Of a stretch of DNA of 64,000 nucleotides, positions 1 to 14,500 are shown piece after piece. How positions within the stretch are numbered: position 1 is the stretch's first letter; the number at the start of each line of letters is the position of its first letter. This DNA is from Eledone cirrhosa (taxonomy: Eukaryota). The notes under the pieces were generated by a model. It was not told the DNA's origin and made no database searches. It saw only the letters and a program-made list of their open reading frames with translations. The DNA lies in assembly GCA_964016885.1 (NCBI GenBank), contig OZ024744.1:54436001-54500000 (forward strand), in the 5' to 3' direction. The translations under genes and the position numbers were made by a program.

Positions 1-420
1 TCAGCTCAAATGGAAAGTATTTCAAATTCCATGAAGAGGAATTTTAACAAAGGAAGGACTTATCAAAAAAATGTTAGAGAGGGAATTGAAACTTGAGAAG
101 AATAATTTACAAAAGAAGAAGAAAAAGACATTCTAAACTGTGATAACTGTAATAATGGTTGGTCACTATAAATTAATAGTTGAGCAGGTGACGAACACAT
201 AAAGATAGATAGAACAAAAATGGGACAGAAGCTAGAAGTGTAAACACCTGGTTGACTTTAGCAAAACAGGTACAAGTTAAAATTTGAAATGGAGTCATCT
301 CAACAATATATTAATGGTCAACCACTATACAGTTAAGAAAATTGGATAAAGTACTACTGGAGATAGAATAAAGTAGATAAAGGTGCCTTCAGCCCTTCAT
401 ATATTGCAGGCACTTCTCTG
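1..420. other. Unique AT-rich, A/G-skewed non-coding flank of the array
   Basis: No repeat periodicity and no ORF >=60 aa in the supplied track. Similarity to the monomer starts abruptly at 421 (CAGAGTGCAGTGAACTAT vs consensus CACAGTACAGTGAACTAT). Confidence 0.85.
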
Positions 421-1059
421 CAGAGTGCAGTGAACTATATCACACTGTGGTACCTACTTACAAATAGGTGGACTGTTGACAGTGGAGTATCTTGGTTATA
501 GACACAGTACAGTGAACTATACCACACTGTGGTACCTACTTACAGCTAGGTGGAATGTTGATAGTTAAGTATCTTGGTTATAGACACAGTACAGTGAACT
601 ATACCACACTGTGGTACCTACTTACAGCTAGGTGGACTGTTGACAGTTAAGTGTCTTGGTTATAGAGACAATAGGGTGAACTATACCACACTGTGGTACC
701 TACTGACAGCTAGGTGGACTGGACTGTTGACAGTTAAGTCTTGGTTATAGACAGAGTACAGTGAACTATACCACACTGTGGTACCTACTTACAACTAGGT
801 GGACTGTTGGCAGTTAAGTGTCTTGGTTATAGACACAGTAGAGTGAACTATACCACACTGTGGTACCTACTTACAACTAGGTGTACTGTTGACAGTTAAG
901 TGTCTAGGTTATAGACACAGTACAGTGAACTATACCACACTGTGGTACATACTTACAGCTAGGTGGACTGTTGACAGTTAAGTGTCTTGGTTATAGAGAT
1001 AGTACAGTGAACTATACCACACTGTGGTACCTACTTACAGCTAGGTGGACTGTTGACAG

Positions 1060-3760
1060 TTAAGTGTCTTGGTTATAGAGACAATACAGTGAACTATACC
1101 ACACTGTGGTACCTACTTACAGCTAGGTGGACTGGACTGATGACAGTTAAGTCTCTTGGATATAGATACAGTACAGTGAACTATACCACACTGTGGTACC
1201 TACTTACAGCTAGGTGGACTGTTGACAGTTAAGTGTCTTAGTTATAGACACAGTACAATGAACTATACCACAATGTGGTACCTACTTAGAGCTGGGTAGA
1301 CTGTTGACAGTTAAGTGTCTTGGTTATAGACACAGTACAGTGAACTATACCACACTCTGGTACCTACTTACAACTAGGTGGACTGTTTACAGTGGAGTGT
1401 CTTGGTTATAGACACAGTACAGTGAACTAAACCACACTATGGTACCTACTTACAGCTAGGTGGACAGTTGACAGTTAAGTGTCTTGGTTATAGACACAGT
1501 ACAGTGAACTATACCACACTGTGGTACCTACTTACAGCTAGGTGAACTGTTGACAGTTAAGTGTCTTGGTTATAGACAGAGTACAGTGAACTATACCACA
1601 CTGTGGTACCTACTTACAGCTAGGTGAACTGTTGACAGTTAAGTGTCTTGGTTATAGACACAGTACAGTGTTCTATAGCTCATTGTGGTACCTACTTACA
1701 GCTAGGTGGACTGTTGACAGTTAAGTGTCTTGGTTATAGACACAGTACAGTGAAGTATACAACACTGTGGTACCTACTTACAGCTAGGTGGACTGTTGAC
1801 AATTAAGTGTCTTGGTTATAGACACAGTACAGTGAACTATACTACACTGTGCTACCTACTTACAGCTAGGTGGGCTGGACTGTTGACAGTTAAATCCTGG
1901 TTATAGACACAGCACAGTGAACTATACCACACTGTGGTACCTACTTACAGCTAGGTGGACTTGACTGTTGACATTTAAGTCTTGGTTATAGACACAGTAT
2001 AGTGAACTATACCACACTGTGGAACCTACTTACAGCTAGGTGGACTGTTGACAGTTAAGTGTCTTAGTTATAGACACAGTACAATGAACTATACCACAAT
2101 GTGGTACCTACTTAGAGCTGGGTAGACTGTTGACAGTTAAGTGTCTTGGTTATAGACAGAGTACAGTGAACTATACCACACTCTGGTACCTACTTACAAC
2201 TAGGTGGACTGTTGACAGTTAAGTGTCTTGGTTATAGAGACAGTACAGTGAACTATACTACACCGTGGTACCTACTTAGAGCTAGGTGGACTGTTGACAG
2301 TTAAGTGTCTTGGTTATAGACACAGTACAGTGAACTATACCACACTCTGGTGCCTACTTACAGCTAGGAGGACTGTTGACAGTTAAGTGTCTTGGTTATA
2401 GAGACAATACAGTGAACTATACCACACTGTGGTACCTACTTACAGCTAGGTGGACTGGACTGATGACAGTTAAGTCTCTTGGATATAGATACAGTACAGT
2501 GAACTATACCACACTGTGGTACCTACTTACAGCTAGGTGGACTGTTGACAGTTAAGTGTCTTAGTTATAGACACAGTACAATGAACTATACCACAATGTG
2601 GTACCTACTTAGAGCTGGGTAGACTGTTGACAGTTAAGTGTCTTGGTTATAGACACAGTACAGTGAACTATACCACACTCTGGTACCTACTTACAACTAG
2701 GTGGACTGTTTACAGTGGAGTGTCTTGGTTATAGACACAGTACAGTGAACTAAACCACACTATGGTACCTACTTACAGCTAGGTGGACAGTTGACAGTTA
2801 AGTGTCTTGGTTATAGACACAGTACAGTGAACTATACCACACTGTGGTACCTACTTACAGCTAGGTGAACTGTTGACAGTTAAGTGTCTTGGTTATAGAC
2901 AGAGTACAGTGAACTATACCACACTGTGGTACCTACTTACAGCTAGGTGAACTGTTGACAGTTAAGTGTCTTGGTTATAGACACAGTACAGTGTTCTATA
3001 GCTCATTGTGGTACCTACTTACAGCTAGGTGGACTGTTGACAGTTAAGTGTCTTGGTTATAGACACAGTACAGTGAAGTATACAACACTGTGGTACCTAC
3101 TTACAGCTAGGTGGACTGTTGACAATTAAGTGTCTTGGTTATAGACACAGTACAGTGAACTATACTACACTGTGCTACCTACTTACAGCTAGGTGGGCTG
3201 GACTGTTGACAGTTAAATCCTGGTTATAGACACAGCACAGTGAACTATACCACACTGTGGTACCTACTTACAGCTAGGTGGACTTGACTGTTGACATTTA
3301 AGTCTTGGTTATAGACACAGTATAGTGAACTATACCACACTGTGGAACCTACTTACAGCTAGGTGGACTGTTGACAGTTAAGTGTCTTAGTTATAGACAC
3401 AGTACAATGAACTATACCACAATGTGGTACCTACTTAGAGCTGGGTAGACTGTTGACAGTTAAGTGTCTTGGTTATAGACAGAGTACAGTGAACTATACC
3501 ACACTCTGGTACCTACTTACAACTAGGTGGACTGTTGACAGTTAAGTGTCTTGGTTATAGAGACAGTACAGTGAACTATACTACACCGTGGTACCTACTT
3601 AGAGCTAGGTGGACTGTTGACAGTTAAGTGTCTTGGTTATAGACACAGTACAGTGAACTATACCACACTCTGGTGCCTACTTACAGCTAGGAGGACTGTT
3701 GACAGTTAAGTGTCTTGGTTATAGAGACAATACAGTGAACTATACCACACTGTGGTACCT
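1060..3760. repeat. Tandem duplication of a 16-monomer block (period 1323 bp)
   Basis: The rare variant CTGATGA occurs at 1137 and 2460, ACAATACAGT at 1081 and 2404, and CACACTCTGGTGCC at 2341 and 3664, all with offset 1323 (16x82+11). Confidence 0.93.
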
Positions 3761-6700
3761 ACTGACAGCTAGGTGGACAGGACTGTTGACAGTTAAGTCT
3801 TGGTTATAGACACAGTACAGTGAACTATACTACACTGTGGTACCTACTTACAGCTACGTGGACTGTTTACAGTTAAGTGTCTTGGTTATAGACACAGTAC
3901 AGTGAACTATACCACACTCTGGTGCCTGCTTAGAGCTAGAAGGACTGTTGACAGTTAAGTGTCTTGGTGATAGAGACAATACAGTGAACTATACCACATT
4001 GTGGTACCTACTTACAGCTAGGTGGACTGGACTGTTGACAGTTAAGTGTCTTGGTTATAGACACAGTACAGTGAATTATACCACACTGTGGTACCTACTT
4101 ACAGCAAGGTGGACTGTTGACAGTGGAGTGTCTTGGTTATAGACATAGTACAGTGAACTATACCACACTGTGGTACCTACTTACAGCTAGGTGGACTGTT
4201 GAAAGTTAAGTGTCTTGGTTATAGACACAGTACAGTGAATTATATCACACTGAGGTACCTACTTACAGCTAGGAGGACTGTTGACAGTTAAGTGTCTTGG
4301 TTATAGACACAGTACAGTGAACTATACCACACTGTGGTACCTACTTACAGCTAGGTGGACTGTTGACAGTTAAGTGTCTTTGTTATAGACACAGTACAGT
4401 GAACTATACCATACTGTGGTACCTACTTACAGCTAGGTGGACTGTTGACAGTTAAGTGTCTTGGTTATAGCCACGGTAGAGTGAACTATACCACACTGTG
4501 GTACCTACTTACAGCTAGGTGGACTGTTGACAGTGGAGTATCTTGGTTATAGACACAGTAGTGAACTATACCACACTGTGGTACCTACTTACAGCTAGGT
4601 GGACTGTTGACAGTGGAGTATCTTGGTATGGACACAGTACAGTGAACTATACCACACAGTGGTACCTACTTACAACTAGATGGACTGTTGACAGTTAAGT
4701 GTCTTGGTTATAGACACAGTAGAGTGAACTATACCACACTGTGGTACCTACTTACAGCTAGGTGGACTGTTGACAGTTAAGTGTCTTGGTTATAGACACA
4801 GTACAGTGTTCTATAGCTCGTTGTGGTACCTACTTACAGCTAGGTGGACTGTTGACAGTTAAGTGTCTTGGTTATAGAGACATTAGAGTGAACTATACAA
4901 CACTGTGGTACCTACTTACAGCTAGGTGGACTGTTGACAGTTAAGTGTCTTGGTTATAGAGACAGTGGAGTGAACTATACAACACTGTGGTATCTACTTA
5001 CAGCTAGGTGGACTGTTGACAATTAAGTGTCTTGGTTATAGACACAGTACAGTGAACTATACTACACTGTGCTACCTACTTACAGTCAGGTGGGCTGGAC
5101 TGTTGACAGTTAGATCCTGGTTATAGACACAGCACAGTGAACTATACCACACTGTGGTACCTACTTACAGCTAGGTGGACTGGACTGTTGACAGTTAAGT
5201 CTTGGTTATAGACACAGTATAGTGAACTATACCACACTGTGGAACGTACTTACAGCTAGGTGGACTGTTGACAGTTAAGTGTCTTAGTTATAGACACAGA
5301 ACAATGAACTATACCACAATGTGGTACCTACTTAGAGCTGGGTAGACTGTTGACAGTTAAGTGTCTTGGTAATAGACACAGTACAGTGAACTATACCACA
5401 ATCTGGTGCCTACTTACAACAAGGTGGACTGTTCACAGTGGAGTGTCTTGGTTATAGAGACAGTACAGTGAACTATACTACACCGTGGTACCTACTTACA
5501 GCAAGATGGACTGTTTACAGTTAAGTGTCTTGGTTATAGACACAGTACAGTGAACTATACCACACACAGGTGCCTACTTACAGCTAGGAGGACTGTTGAC
5601 AGTTAAGTGTCTTGGTTATAGACACAGTACAGTGAACTATACCACACTGTGGTACCTACTTACAGCTAGGTGGACTGGACTGTTGACAGTTAAGTCTCTT
5701 GGATATAGACACAGTACAGTGAACTATACAACGCTGTGGTACCTATTTACAGCTAGGTGAACTGTTGACAGTTAAGTGTCTTGGTTATAGACACAGTACA
5801 GTGTTCTATAGCTTACTGTGGTACCTCCTTACAGCTAGGTGGACTGTTGACAGTTAAGTGTCTTGGTTATATACACAGTACAGTGTTCTATAGCTCATTG
5901 TGGTACCTACTTACAGCTAGGTGGACTGTTGACAGTTAAGTGTCTTGGTTATAGACACAGTACAGTGAAGTATACAACTCTGTGGTACCTACTTACAGCT
6001 AGGTGGACTGTTGACAATTAAGTGTCTTGGTTATAGACACAGTACAGTGAACTATACTACACTGTGCTATCTACTTACAGTCAGGTGGGCTGGACTGTTG
6101 ACAGTTAAATCCTGGTTATAGACACAGCACAGTGAACTATACGACACTGTGGTACCTACTTACAGCTAGGTGGACTGGACTGTTGACAGTTAAGTCTTGG
6201 TTATAGACACAGTATAGTGAACTATACCACACTGTGGAACCTACTTACAGCTAGGTGGACTGTTGACAGTGGATTGTCTTAGTTATAGACATAGAACAAT
6301 GAACTATACCACACTCTGGTGCCTACTTACTACAAGGTGGACTGTTCACAGTGGAGTGTCTTGGTTATAGAGACAGTACAGTGAAATATACCACACACTG
6401 GTGCCTACTTACAGCTAGGAGGACTGTTGACAGTTAAGTGTCTTGGTTATAGAGATAGTACAGTGAACTATACCACACTGTGTTACCTACTTACAGCTAG
6501 GTGGACTGGACTGTTGACAGTTAAATGTTGGTTATAGACACAGCACAGTGAACTATACCACACTGTGGTACCTACTTACAGCTAGGTGGACTGGACTGTT
6601 GACAGTTAAGTCTTAGTTATAGACACAGTATAGTGAACTATACCACACTGTGGAACCTACTTACAGCTAGGTGGACGGTTGACAGTTAAGTGTCTTAGTT

Positions 6701-9139
6701 ATAGACACAGAACAATGAACTATACCACACTCTGGTGCCTACTTACAGCAAGGTGGACTGTTTACAGTTAATTGTCTTGGTTATAGACACAGTACAGTGA
6801 AATATACCACACACTGGTGCCTACTTACAGCTAGGAGGACTGTTGACAGTTAAGTGTCTTGGTTATAGAGACAATACAGTGAACTATACCACACTGTGGT
6901 ACCTACTGACAGCTAGGTGGACTGGACTGTTGACAGTTAAGTCTTGGTTATAGACACAGTACAGTGAACTATACCACACTGTGGTACCTACGTACAGCTA
7001 GGTGGACTGTTGACAGTTAAGTGTCTTCGTTATAGAGACAGTACAGTGAACTATACCACACTGTGGTACCTACTTACAGCTAGGTGGACTGGACTGTTGA
7101 CAGTTAAGTGTCTTGGTTATAGACACAGTACAGTGAATTATACCACACTGTGGTACCTACTTACAGCTAGGTGGACTGTTGACGGTGGAGTGTCTTGGTT
7201 ATAGACATAGTACAGTGAACTATACCACACTGTGGTACCTACTTACAGCTAGGTGGACTGTTGATAGTTAAGTGTCTTGGTTATAGACACAGTACAGTGA
7301 ATTATATCACGCTGTGGTACATACTTACAGCTAGGAGGACTGTTGACAGTTAAGTGTCTTGGTTATAGACACAGTACAGTGAACTATACTAGACTGTGGT
7401 ACCTACTTACAGCTAGGTGGACTGTTGACAGTTAAGTCTTGGTTATAGACACAGTACAGTGAACTATACCACACTGTGGTACCTACTTACAGCTAGGAGG
7501 ACTGTTGACAGTTAAGTGTCTTGGTTATAGACACAGTACAGTGAACTATACCACACTGTGGTACCTACTTACAGCTAGGTGGACTGTTGACAGTTAAGTG
7601 TCTTGGTTATAGACACAGTACAGTGAACTATACCACACTGTGGTACCTACTTACAGCTAGGTGGCCTGTTGACAGTTAAGTGTCTTGGTTATAGACACAG
7701 TACAGTGAACTATATCACACTGTGGTACCTACTCACAACTAGGTGGACTGTTGACAGTTAAGTCTTTGTTATAGACACAGCACAGTGAACTATACCACAC
7801 TGTGGTACCTACTTAGAGCTGGGTAGATTGTTGATAGTTACGTGTCTTGGTTATAGCCACAGTAGACTTAACTATACCACACTGTGGTACCTTCTTACAG
7901 CTAGGTGGACTGTTGACAGTGGAGTATCTTGGTTATAGACACAGTACAGTGTTCTATAGCTCATTGTGGTACCTACTTACAGCTAGGTGGACTGTTGACA
8001 GTTAAGTGTCTTGGTTATAGAGAGAGTAGAGTGAACTAAACCACATTGTGGTACCTACTTACAGCTAGGTGGACTGTTGACAGTTAAGTGTCTTGGTTAT
8101 AGAGACAGTAGAGTGAACTAAACCACACTGTGGTACCTACTTACAGCTAGATGGACTGTTGACAGTTAAGTGTCTTGGTTATAGACACAGTACAGTTAAC
8201 TATACAACACTGTGGTACCTACTTACAGCTAGGTGGACTGTTGACAATTAAGTGTCTTGGTTATAGAGATAGTACAGTGAACTATACTACACTGTGCTAC
8301 CTACTTACAGCCAGGTGGTCTGGATGGGTGACAGTTAAATGTTGGTTATAGACACAGCACAGTGAACTATACCACACTGTGGTACCTACTTACAGCTAGG
8401 TGGACTGGACTGTTGACAGTTAAGTCTTGGTTATAGACACAGTATAACGAACTATACCACACTGTGGTACCTACTTACAGCTAGGTGGACTGGACTGTTG
8501 ACAGTTAAGTGTCTTGGTTATAGACACAGTATAACGAACTATACCACACTGTGGAACGTACTTACAGCTAGGTGGACTGTTGACAGTTAAGTGTCTTAGT
8601 TATAGACACAGTAAAATGAACTATACCACAATGTGGTACCTACTTAGTGCTGGGAAGACTGTTGACAGTTAAATGTCTTGGTTATAGACACAGTACAGTG
8701 AACTATACCACACTCTGGTGCCTACTTAAAACTAGGTGGACTGTTGACAGTTAAGTGTCTTGGTTATAGAGACAGTACAGTGAACTATAGTACACCGTGG
8801 TACCGACTTACAGCTAGGTGGACTGTTGACAGTTAAGTGTCTTGGTTATAGACACAGTACAGTGAACTATACCACACTCTGGTGCCTACTTACAGCTAGG
8901 AGGACTGTTGAGAGTTAAGTGTCTTGGTTATAGAGACAATACAGTGAGCTATACCACACTGTGGTACCTACTGACAGCTAGGTGGACTGGACTGTTGACA
9001 GTTAAGTCTTGGTTATAGACACAGTACAGTGAACTATACCACACTGTGGTACCTACTTACAACTAGGAGGACTGTTGACAATTAAGTGTCTTGGTTATAG
9101 ACACAGTAGAGTGAACTATACCACACTGTGATACCTACT

Positions 9140-11536
9140 TACAGCTAGGTGGACTGTTGACAGTTAAGTGTCTTCGTTATAGAGACAGTACAGTGAACTA
9201 TACCACACTGTGGTACCTACTTACAGCTAGGTGGACTGGACTGTTGACAGTTAAGTGTCTTGGTTATAGACACAGTACAGTGAATTATACCACACTGTGG
9301 TACCTACTTACAGCTAGGTGGCCTGTTGACAGTGGAGTGTCTTGGTTATAGACATAGTACAGTGAACTATACCACACTGTGGTACCTACTTACAGCTAGG
9401 AGGACTGTTGACAGTTAAGTGTCTTGGTTATAGACACAGTACAGTGAACTATACCACACTGTGGTACCTACTTACAACTAGGTGGACTGTTGACAGTTAA
9501 GTCTTTGTTATAGACACAGTACAGTGAACTATATCACACTGTGGTACCTACTTACAACTAGGTGGACTGTTGACAGTTAAGTATCTTCGTTATCGACACA
9601 GTACAGTGAACTATACCACACTGTGGTACCTACTTAGAGCTGGGTAGATTGTTGATAGTTACGTGTCTTGGTTATAGCCAGAGTAGAGTTAACTATACCA
9701 CACTGTGGTACCTTCTTACAGCTAGGTGGACTGTTGACAGTGGAGTATCTTGGTTATAGACACAGTACAGTGTTCTATAGCTCATTGTGTTACCTACTTA
9801 CAGCTAGGTGGACTGTTGACAGTTAAGTGTCTTGGTTATAGAGAGAGTAGAGTGAACTAAACCACACTGTGGTACCTACTTACAACTAGGTGGACTATTG
9901 ACAGTTAAGTATCTTCGTTATAGACACAGTACAGTGAACTATACCACACTGTGGTACCTACTTACATCTAGGTGGACTGGACTGTTGACAGTTGAGTCTC
10001 TTGGATATAGACACAGTACAGTGAAATATACCACACTGTGGTACCTACTTACAGCTAGGTGAACTGTTGACAGTTAAGTGTCTTGGTTATAGACACAGTA
10101 CAGTGTTCTATAGCTCATTGTGGTACCTACTTACAGCTAGGTGGACTGTTGACAGTTAAGTGTCTTGGCTATAGAGACAGTACAGTGAACTATACCACAC
10201 TGTGGTACCTACTTACAGCTAGGTGGACTGTTGACAGTTAAGTGTCTTAGTTATAGACACAGTAAAATTAACTATACCACAATGTGGTACCTACTTAGAG
10301 CTGGGTAGATTGTTGATAGTTACGTGTCTTGGTTATAGCCAGAGTAGAGTTAACTATACCACACTGTGGTACCTTCTTACAGCTAGGTGGACTGTTGACA
10401 GTTAAGTGTCTTCGTTATAGAGACAGTACAGTGAACTATACCACACTGTGGTACCTACTTACAGCTAGGTGGACTGGACTGTTGACAGTTAAGTGTCTTG
10501 GTTATAGACACAGTACAGTGAATTATACCACACTGTGGTACCTACTTACAGTTAGGTGGCCTGTTGACAGTGGAGTGTCTTGGTTATAGACATAGTACAG
10601 TGAACTATACCACACTGTGGTACCTACTTACAGCTAGGAGGACTGTTGACAGTTAAGTGTCTTGGTTATAGACACAGTACAGTGAACTATACCACACTGT
10701 GGTACCTACTTACAACTAGGTGGACTGTTGACAGTTAAGTCTTTGTTATAGACACAGTACAGTGAACTATATCACACTGTGGTACCTACTTACAACTAGG
10801 TGGACTGTTGACAGTTAAGTATCTTCGTTATCGACACAGTACAGTGAACTATACCACACTGTGGTACCTACTTAGAGCTGGGTAGATTGTTGATAGTTAC
10901 GTGTCTTGGTTATAGCCAGAGTAGAGTTAACTATACCACACTGTGGTACCTTCTTACAGCTAGGTGGACTGTTGACAGTGGAGTATCTTGGTTATAGACA
11001 CAGTACAGTGTTCTATAGCTCATTGTGTTACCTACTTACAGCTAGGTGGACTGTTGACAGTTAAGTGTCTTGGTTATAGAGAGAGTAGAGTGAACTAAAC
11101 CACACTGTGGTACCTACTTACAACTAGGTGGACTATTGACAGTTAAGTATCTTCGTTATAGACACAGTACAGTGAACTATACCACACTGTGGTACCTACT
11201 TACAGCTAGGTGGACTGGACTGTTGACAGTTGAGTCTCTTGGATATAGACACAGTACAGTGAAATATACCACACTGTGGTACCTACTTACAGCTAGGTGA
11301 ACTGTTGACAGTTAAGTGTCTTGGTTATAGACACAGTACAGTGTTCTATAGCTCATTGTGGTACCTACTTACAGCTAGGTGGACTGTTGACAGTTAAGTG
11401 TCTTGGCTATAGAGACAGTACAGTGAACTATACCACACTGTGGTACCTACTTACAGCTAGGTGGACTGTTGACAGTTAAGTGTCTTAGTTATAGACACAG
11501 TAAAATTAACTATACCACAATGTGGTACCTACTTAG
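9140..11536. repeat. Tandem duplication with a 15-monomer period (1238 bp)
   Basis: TTCGTTAT at 9173 and 10411, and the rare TCGAC at 9593 and 10831, both give offset 1238. Confidence 0.9.
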
Positions 11537-14500
11537 TGCTGGGGAGACTGTTGACAGATAAATGTCTTGGTTATAGACACAGCACTGTGAACTATACCAC
11601 ACTCTGGTGCCTACTTACAACTAGGTGGACTGTTGAGAGTTAAGTGTCTTGGTTATAGACACAGTACAGTGAACTATACCACACTCTGGTGCCTACTTAC
11701 AGCTACGAGGACTGTTGACAGTTAAGTGTCTTGGTTATAGAGACAATACAGTGAACTATACCACACTGTGGTACCTACTGACAGCTAGGTGGACTGGACT
11801 GTTGACAGTTAAGTCTTGGTTATAGACACAGTACAGTGAACTATACCACAATGTGGTACCTACTTACAACTAGGAGGACTGTTGACAATTAAGTGTCTTG
11901 GTTATAGACACAGTAGAGTGAACTATACCACACTGTGGTACCTACTTACAGCTAGGTGGACTGTTGACAGTGGAGTGTCTTGGTTATAGACATATTACAG
12001 TGAACTATACCACACTGGTACCTACTTACAGCTAAGTGGACTGTTGATAGTTAAGTGTCTTGGTTATAGACACAGTACAGTGAATTATATCACACTGTGG
12101 TACCTACTTACAGCTAGGTGGTCTGGACTGTTGACAGTTAAGTGTCTTGGTTATAGACACAGTACAGTGAACTATACAACACTGTGGTACCTACTTACAG
12201 CTAGGTGGACTGTTGACAGTGGAGTGTCTTGGTTATAGACATATTACAGTGAACTATACCACACTGGTACCTACTTACAGCTAAGTGGACTGTTGATAGT
12301 TAAGTGTCTTGGTTATAGACACAGTACAGTGAATTATATCACACTGTGGTACCTACTTACAGCTAGGAGGACTGTTGACAGTTCAGTGTCTTGGTTATAG
12401 ACACAGTACAGTGAACTATACCACACTGTGGTACCTACTTAGAGCTAGGTGGACTGTTGACAGTTAAGTGTCTTGGTTATAGACACAGTACAGTGAACTA
12501 TACCATACTGTGGTACCAACTTACAGCTAGGTCGACTGTTGAGAGTTAAGTGTCTTGGTTATAGACACAGTACAGTGAACTATACCACACTGTGGTACCT
12601 ACTTACAGCTAGGTGGACTGTGGACAGTTAAGTGTCTTGGTTATAGACACAGTACAGTGAACTATATCACACTGTTGTACCTACTTACAACTAGGTGGAC
12701 TGTTGACAGTTAAGTCTTGGTTATAGACACAGTACAGTGAACTATACCACACTGTGGTACCTACTTACAGCTAGGTGGACTGTTGACAGTTAAGTGTCTT
12801 GGTTATAGACACAGTACAGTGAACTATACCATACTGTGGTACCAACTTACAGCTAAGTGGACTGTTGACAGTTAAGTATCTTCGTTATAGACACAGTACA
12901 GTGAACTATACCACACTGTGGTACCTACTTAGAGCTGGGTAGACTGTTGACAGTTAAGTGTCTTGGTTATAGACACAGTAGAGTGAACTATACACACTGT
13001 GGTACCTACTTACAGCTAGGTGGACTGTTGACAGTGGAGTATCTTGGTTATAGACACAGTAGTGAACTATACCACACTGTGGTACCTACTTACAGCTAGG
13101 TGGACTGTTGACAGTTAAGTGTCTTGGTTATAAACACAGTACAGTGAACTATACCACACTGTGGTACCTACTTAGAGCTGGGTAGACTGTTGACAGTTAA
13201 GTGTCTTGGTTATAGACACAGTAGAGTGACTTATACACACTGTGGTACCTACTTACAGCTAGGTGGACTGTTGACAGTGGAGTATATTGGTTATAGACAC
13301 AGTAGTGAACTATACCACACTGTGGTACCTACTTACAGCTAGGTGGACTGTTGACAGTTAAGTGTCTTGGTTATAAACACAGTACAGTGAACTATACCAC
13401 ACTGTGGTACCTACTTACAGCTAGGTGGACTGTTGACAGTTAAGTGTCTTGGTTATAGAGACAATACAGTCAAATATACCACGCTGTGGTACCTAATTAC
13501 AGCTAGGTGGACTGGACTGTTGACAGTTAAGTCTCTTGGATATAGACACAGTACAGTGAACTATACCACACTGTGGTACCTACTTACAGCTAGGTGGAAT
13601 GTTGACAGTTAAGTGTCTTGGTTATAGACACAGTACAGTGAACTATACCACTCTCTGGTACCTACTTACAGCTAGGTGGACTGTTGACAGATAAGTGTCT
13701 TGGTTATAGACACAGTACAGTGAACTATACCACACACTGGTGTCTACTTACAGCTAGGAGGACTGTTGAGAGTTAAGTGTCTTGGTTATAGAGACAATAC
13801 AGTGAACTATACCACACTGTGGTACCTACTGACAGCTAGGTGGACTGGACTGTTGACAGTCAAGTCTTGGTTATAGACACAGTACAGTGAACTATACCAC
13901 ACTGTGGTACCTACTTACAACTAGGAGGTCTGTTGACAATTAAGTGTCTTGGTTATAGAAACAGTTGAGTGAACTATACCACACTGTGGTACCTACTTAC
14001 TGCTAGGTGGACTGTTGACAGTTAAGTGTCTTGGTTATAGACACAGTACAGTGAACTATATCACACTGTCGTACCTACTTACAACTAGGTGGACTGTTGA
14101 CAGTTAAGTCTTGGTTATAGACACAGTACAGTGAACTATACCACACTGTGGTACCTACTTACAGCTAGGTGGAATGTTGACAGTTAAGTGTCTTGGTTAT
14201 AGACACAGTACAGTGAACTATATCACACTGTCGTACCTACTTACAACTAGGTGGACTGTTGACAGTTAAGTCTTGGTTATAGACACAGTACAGTGAACTA
14301 TACCAGACTGTGGTACCTACTTACAGCCAGGTGGACTGTTGACAGTTAAGTGTCTTGGTTATAGACACAGTACAGTGAACTATACCATACTGTGGTACCA
14401 ACTTACAGCTAAGTGGACTGTTGACAGTTAAGTATCTTCGTTATAGACACAGTACAGTGAACTATACCACACTGTGGTACCTACTTAGGGCTGGGTAGAC

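Noticed and set aside
321-337. Monomer-like words in the flank (CTATAC, ACAGTTAAG)
   Set aside because: A 9-bp match at most and not collinear with the monomer, so compatible with chance.
1-420. Decayed LINE-1 ORF2-like fragment (A-rich plus strand, frame 2 reads ...IEQKWDRS...)
   Set aside because: The resemblance is only impressionistic, with multiple stops. It needs a Dfam nhmmer or RepeatMasker hit.
1137-1230. Hammerhead ribozyme, as in newt satellite 2 or Schistosoma Sm-alpha: CTGTTGA ~ CUGANGA, GAAC ~ GAAA, three stems, and a CTGATGA variant at 1137 and 2460
   Set aside because: Both core boxes carry substitutions at invariant positions in the consensus, the stems do not abut the core, and I saw no monomer with both CTGATGA and GAAA. 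An Infernal search with hammerhead models would settle it.
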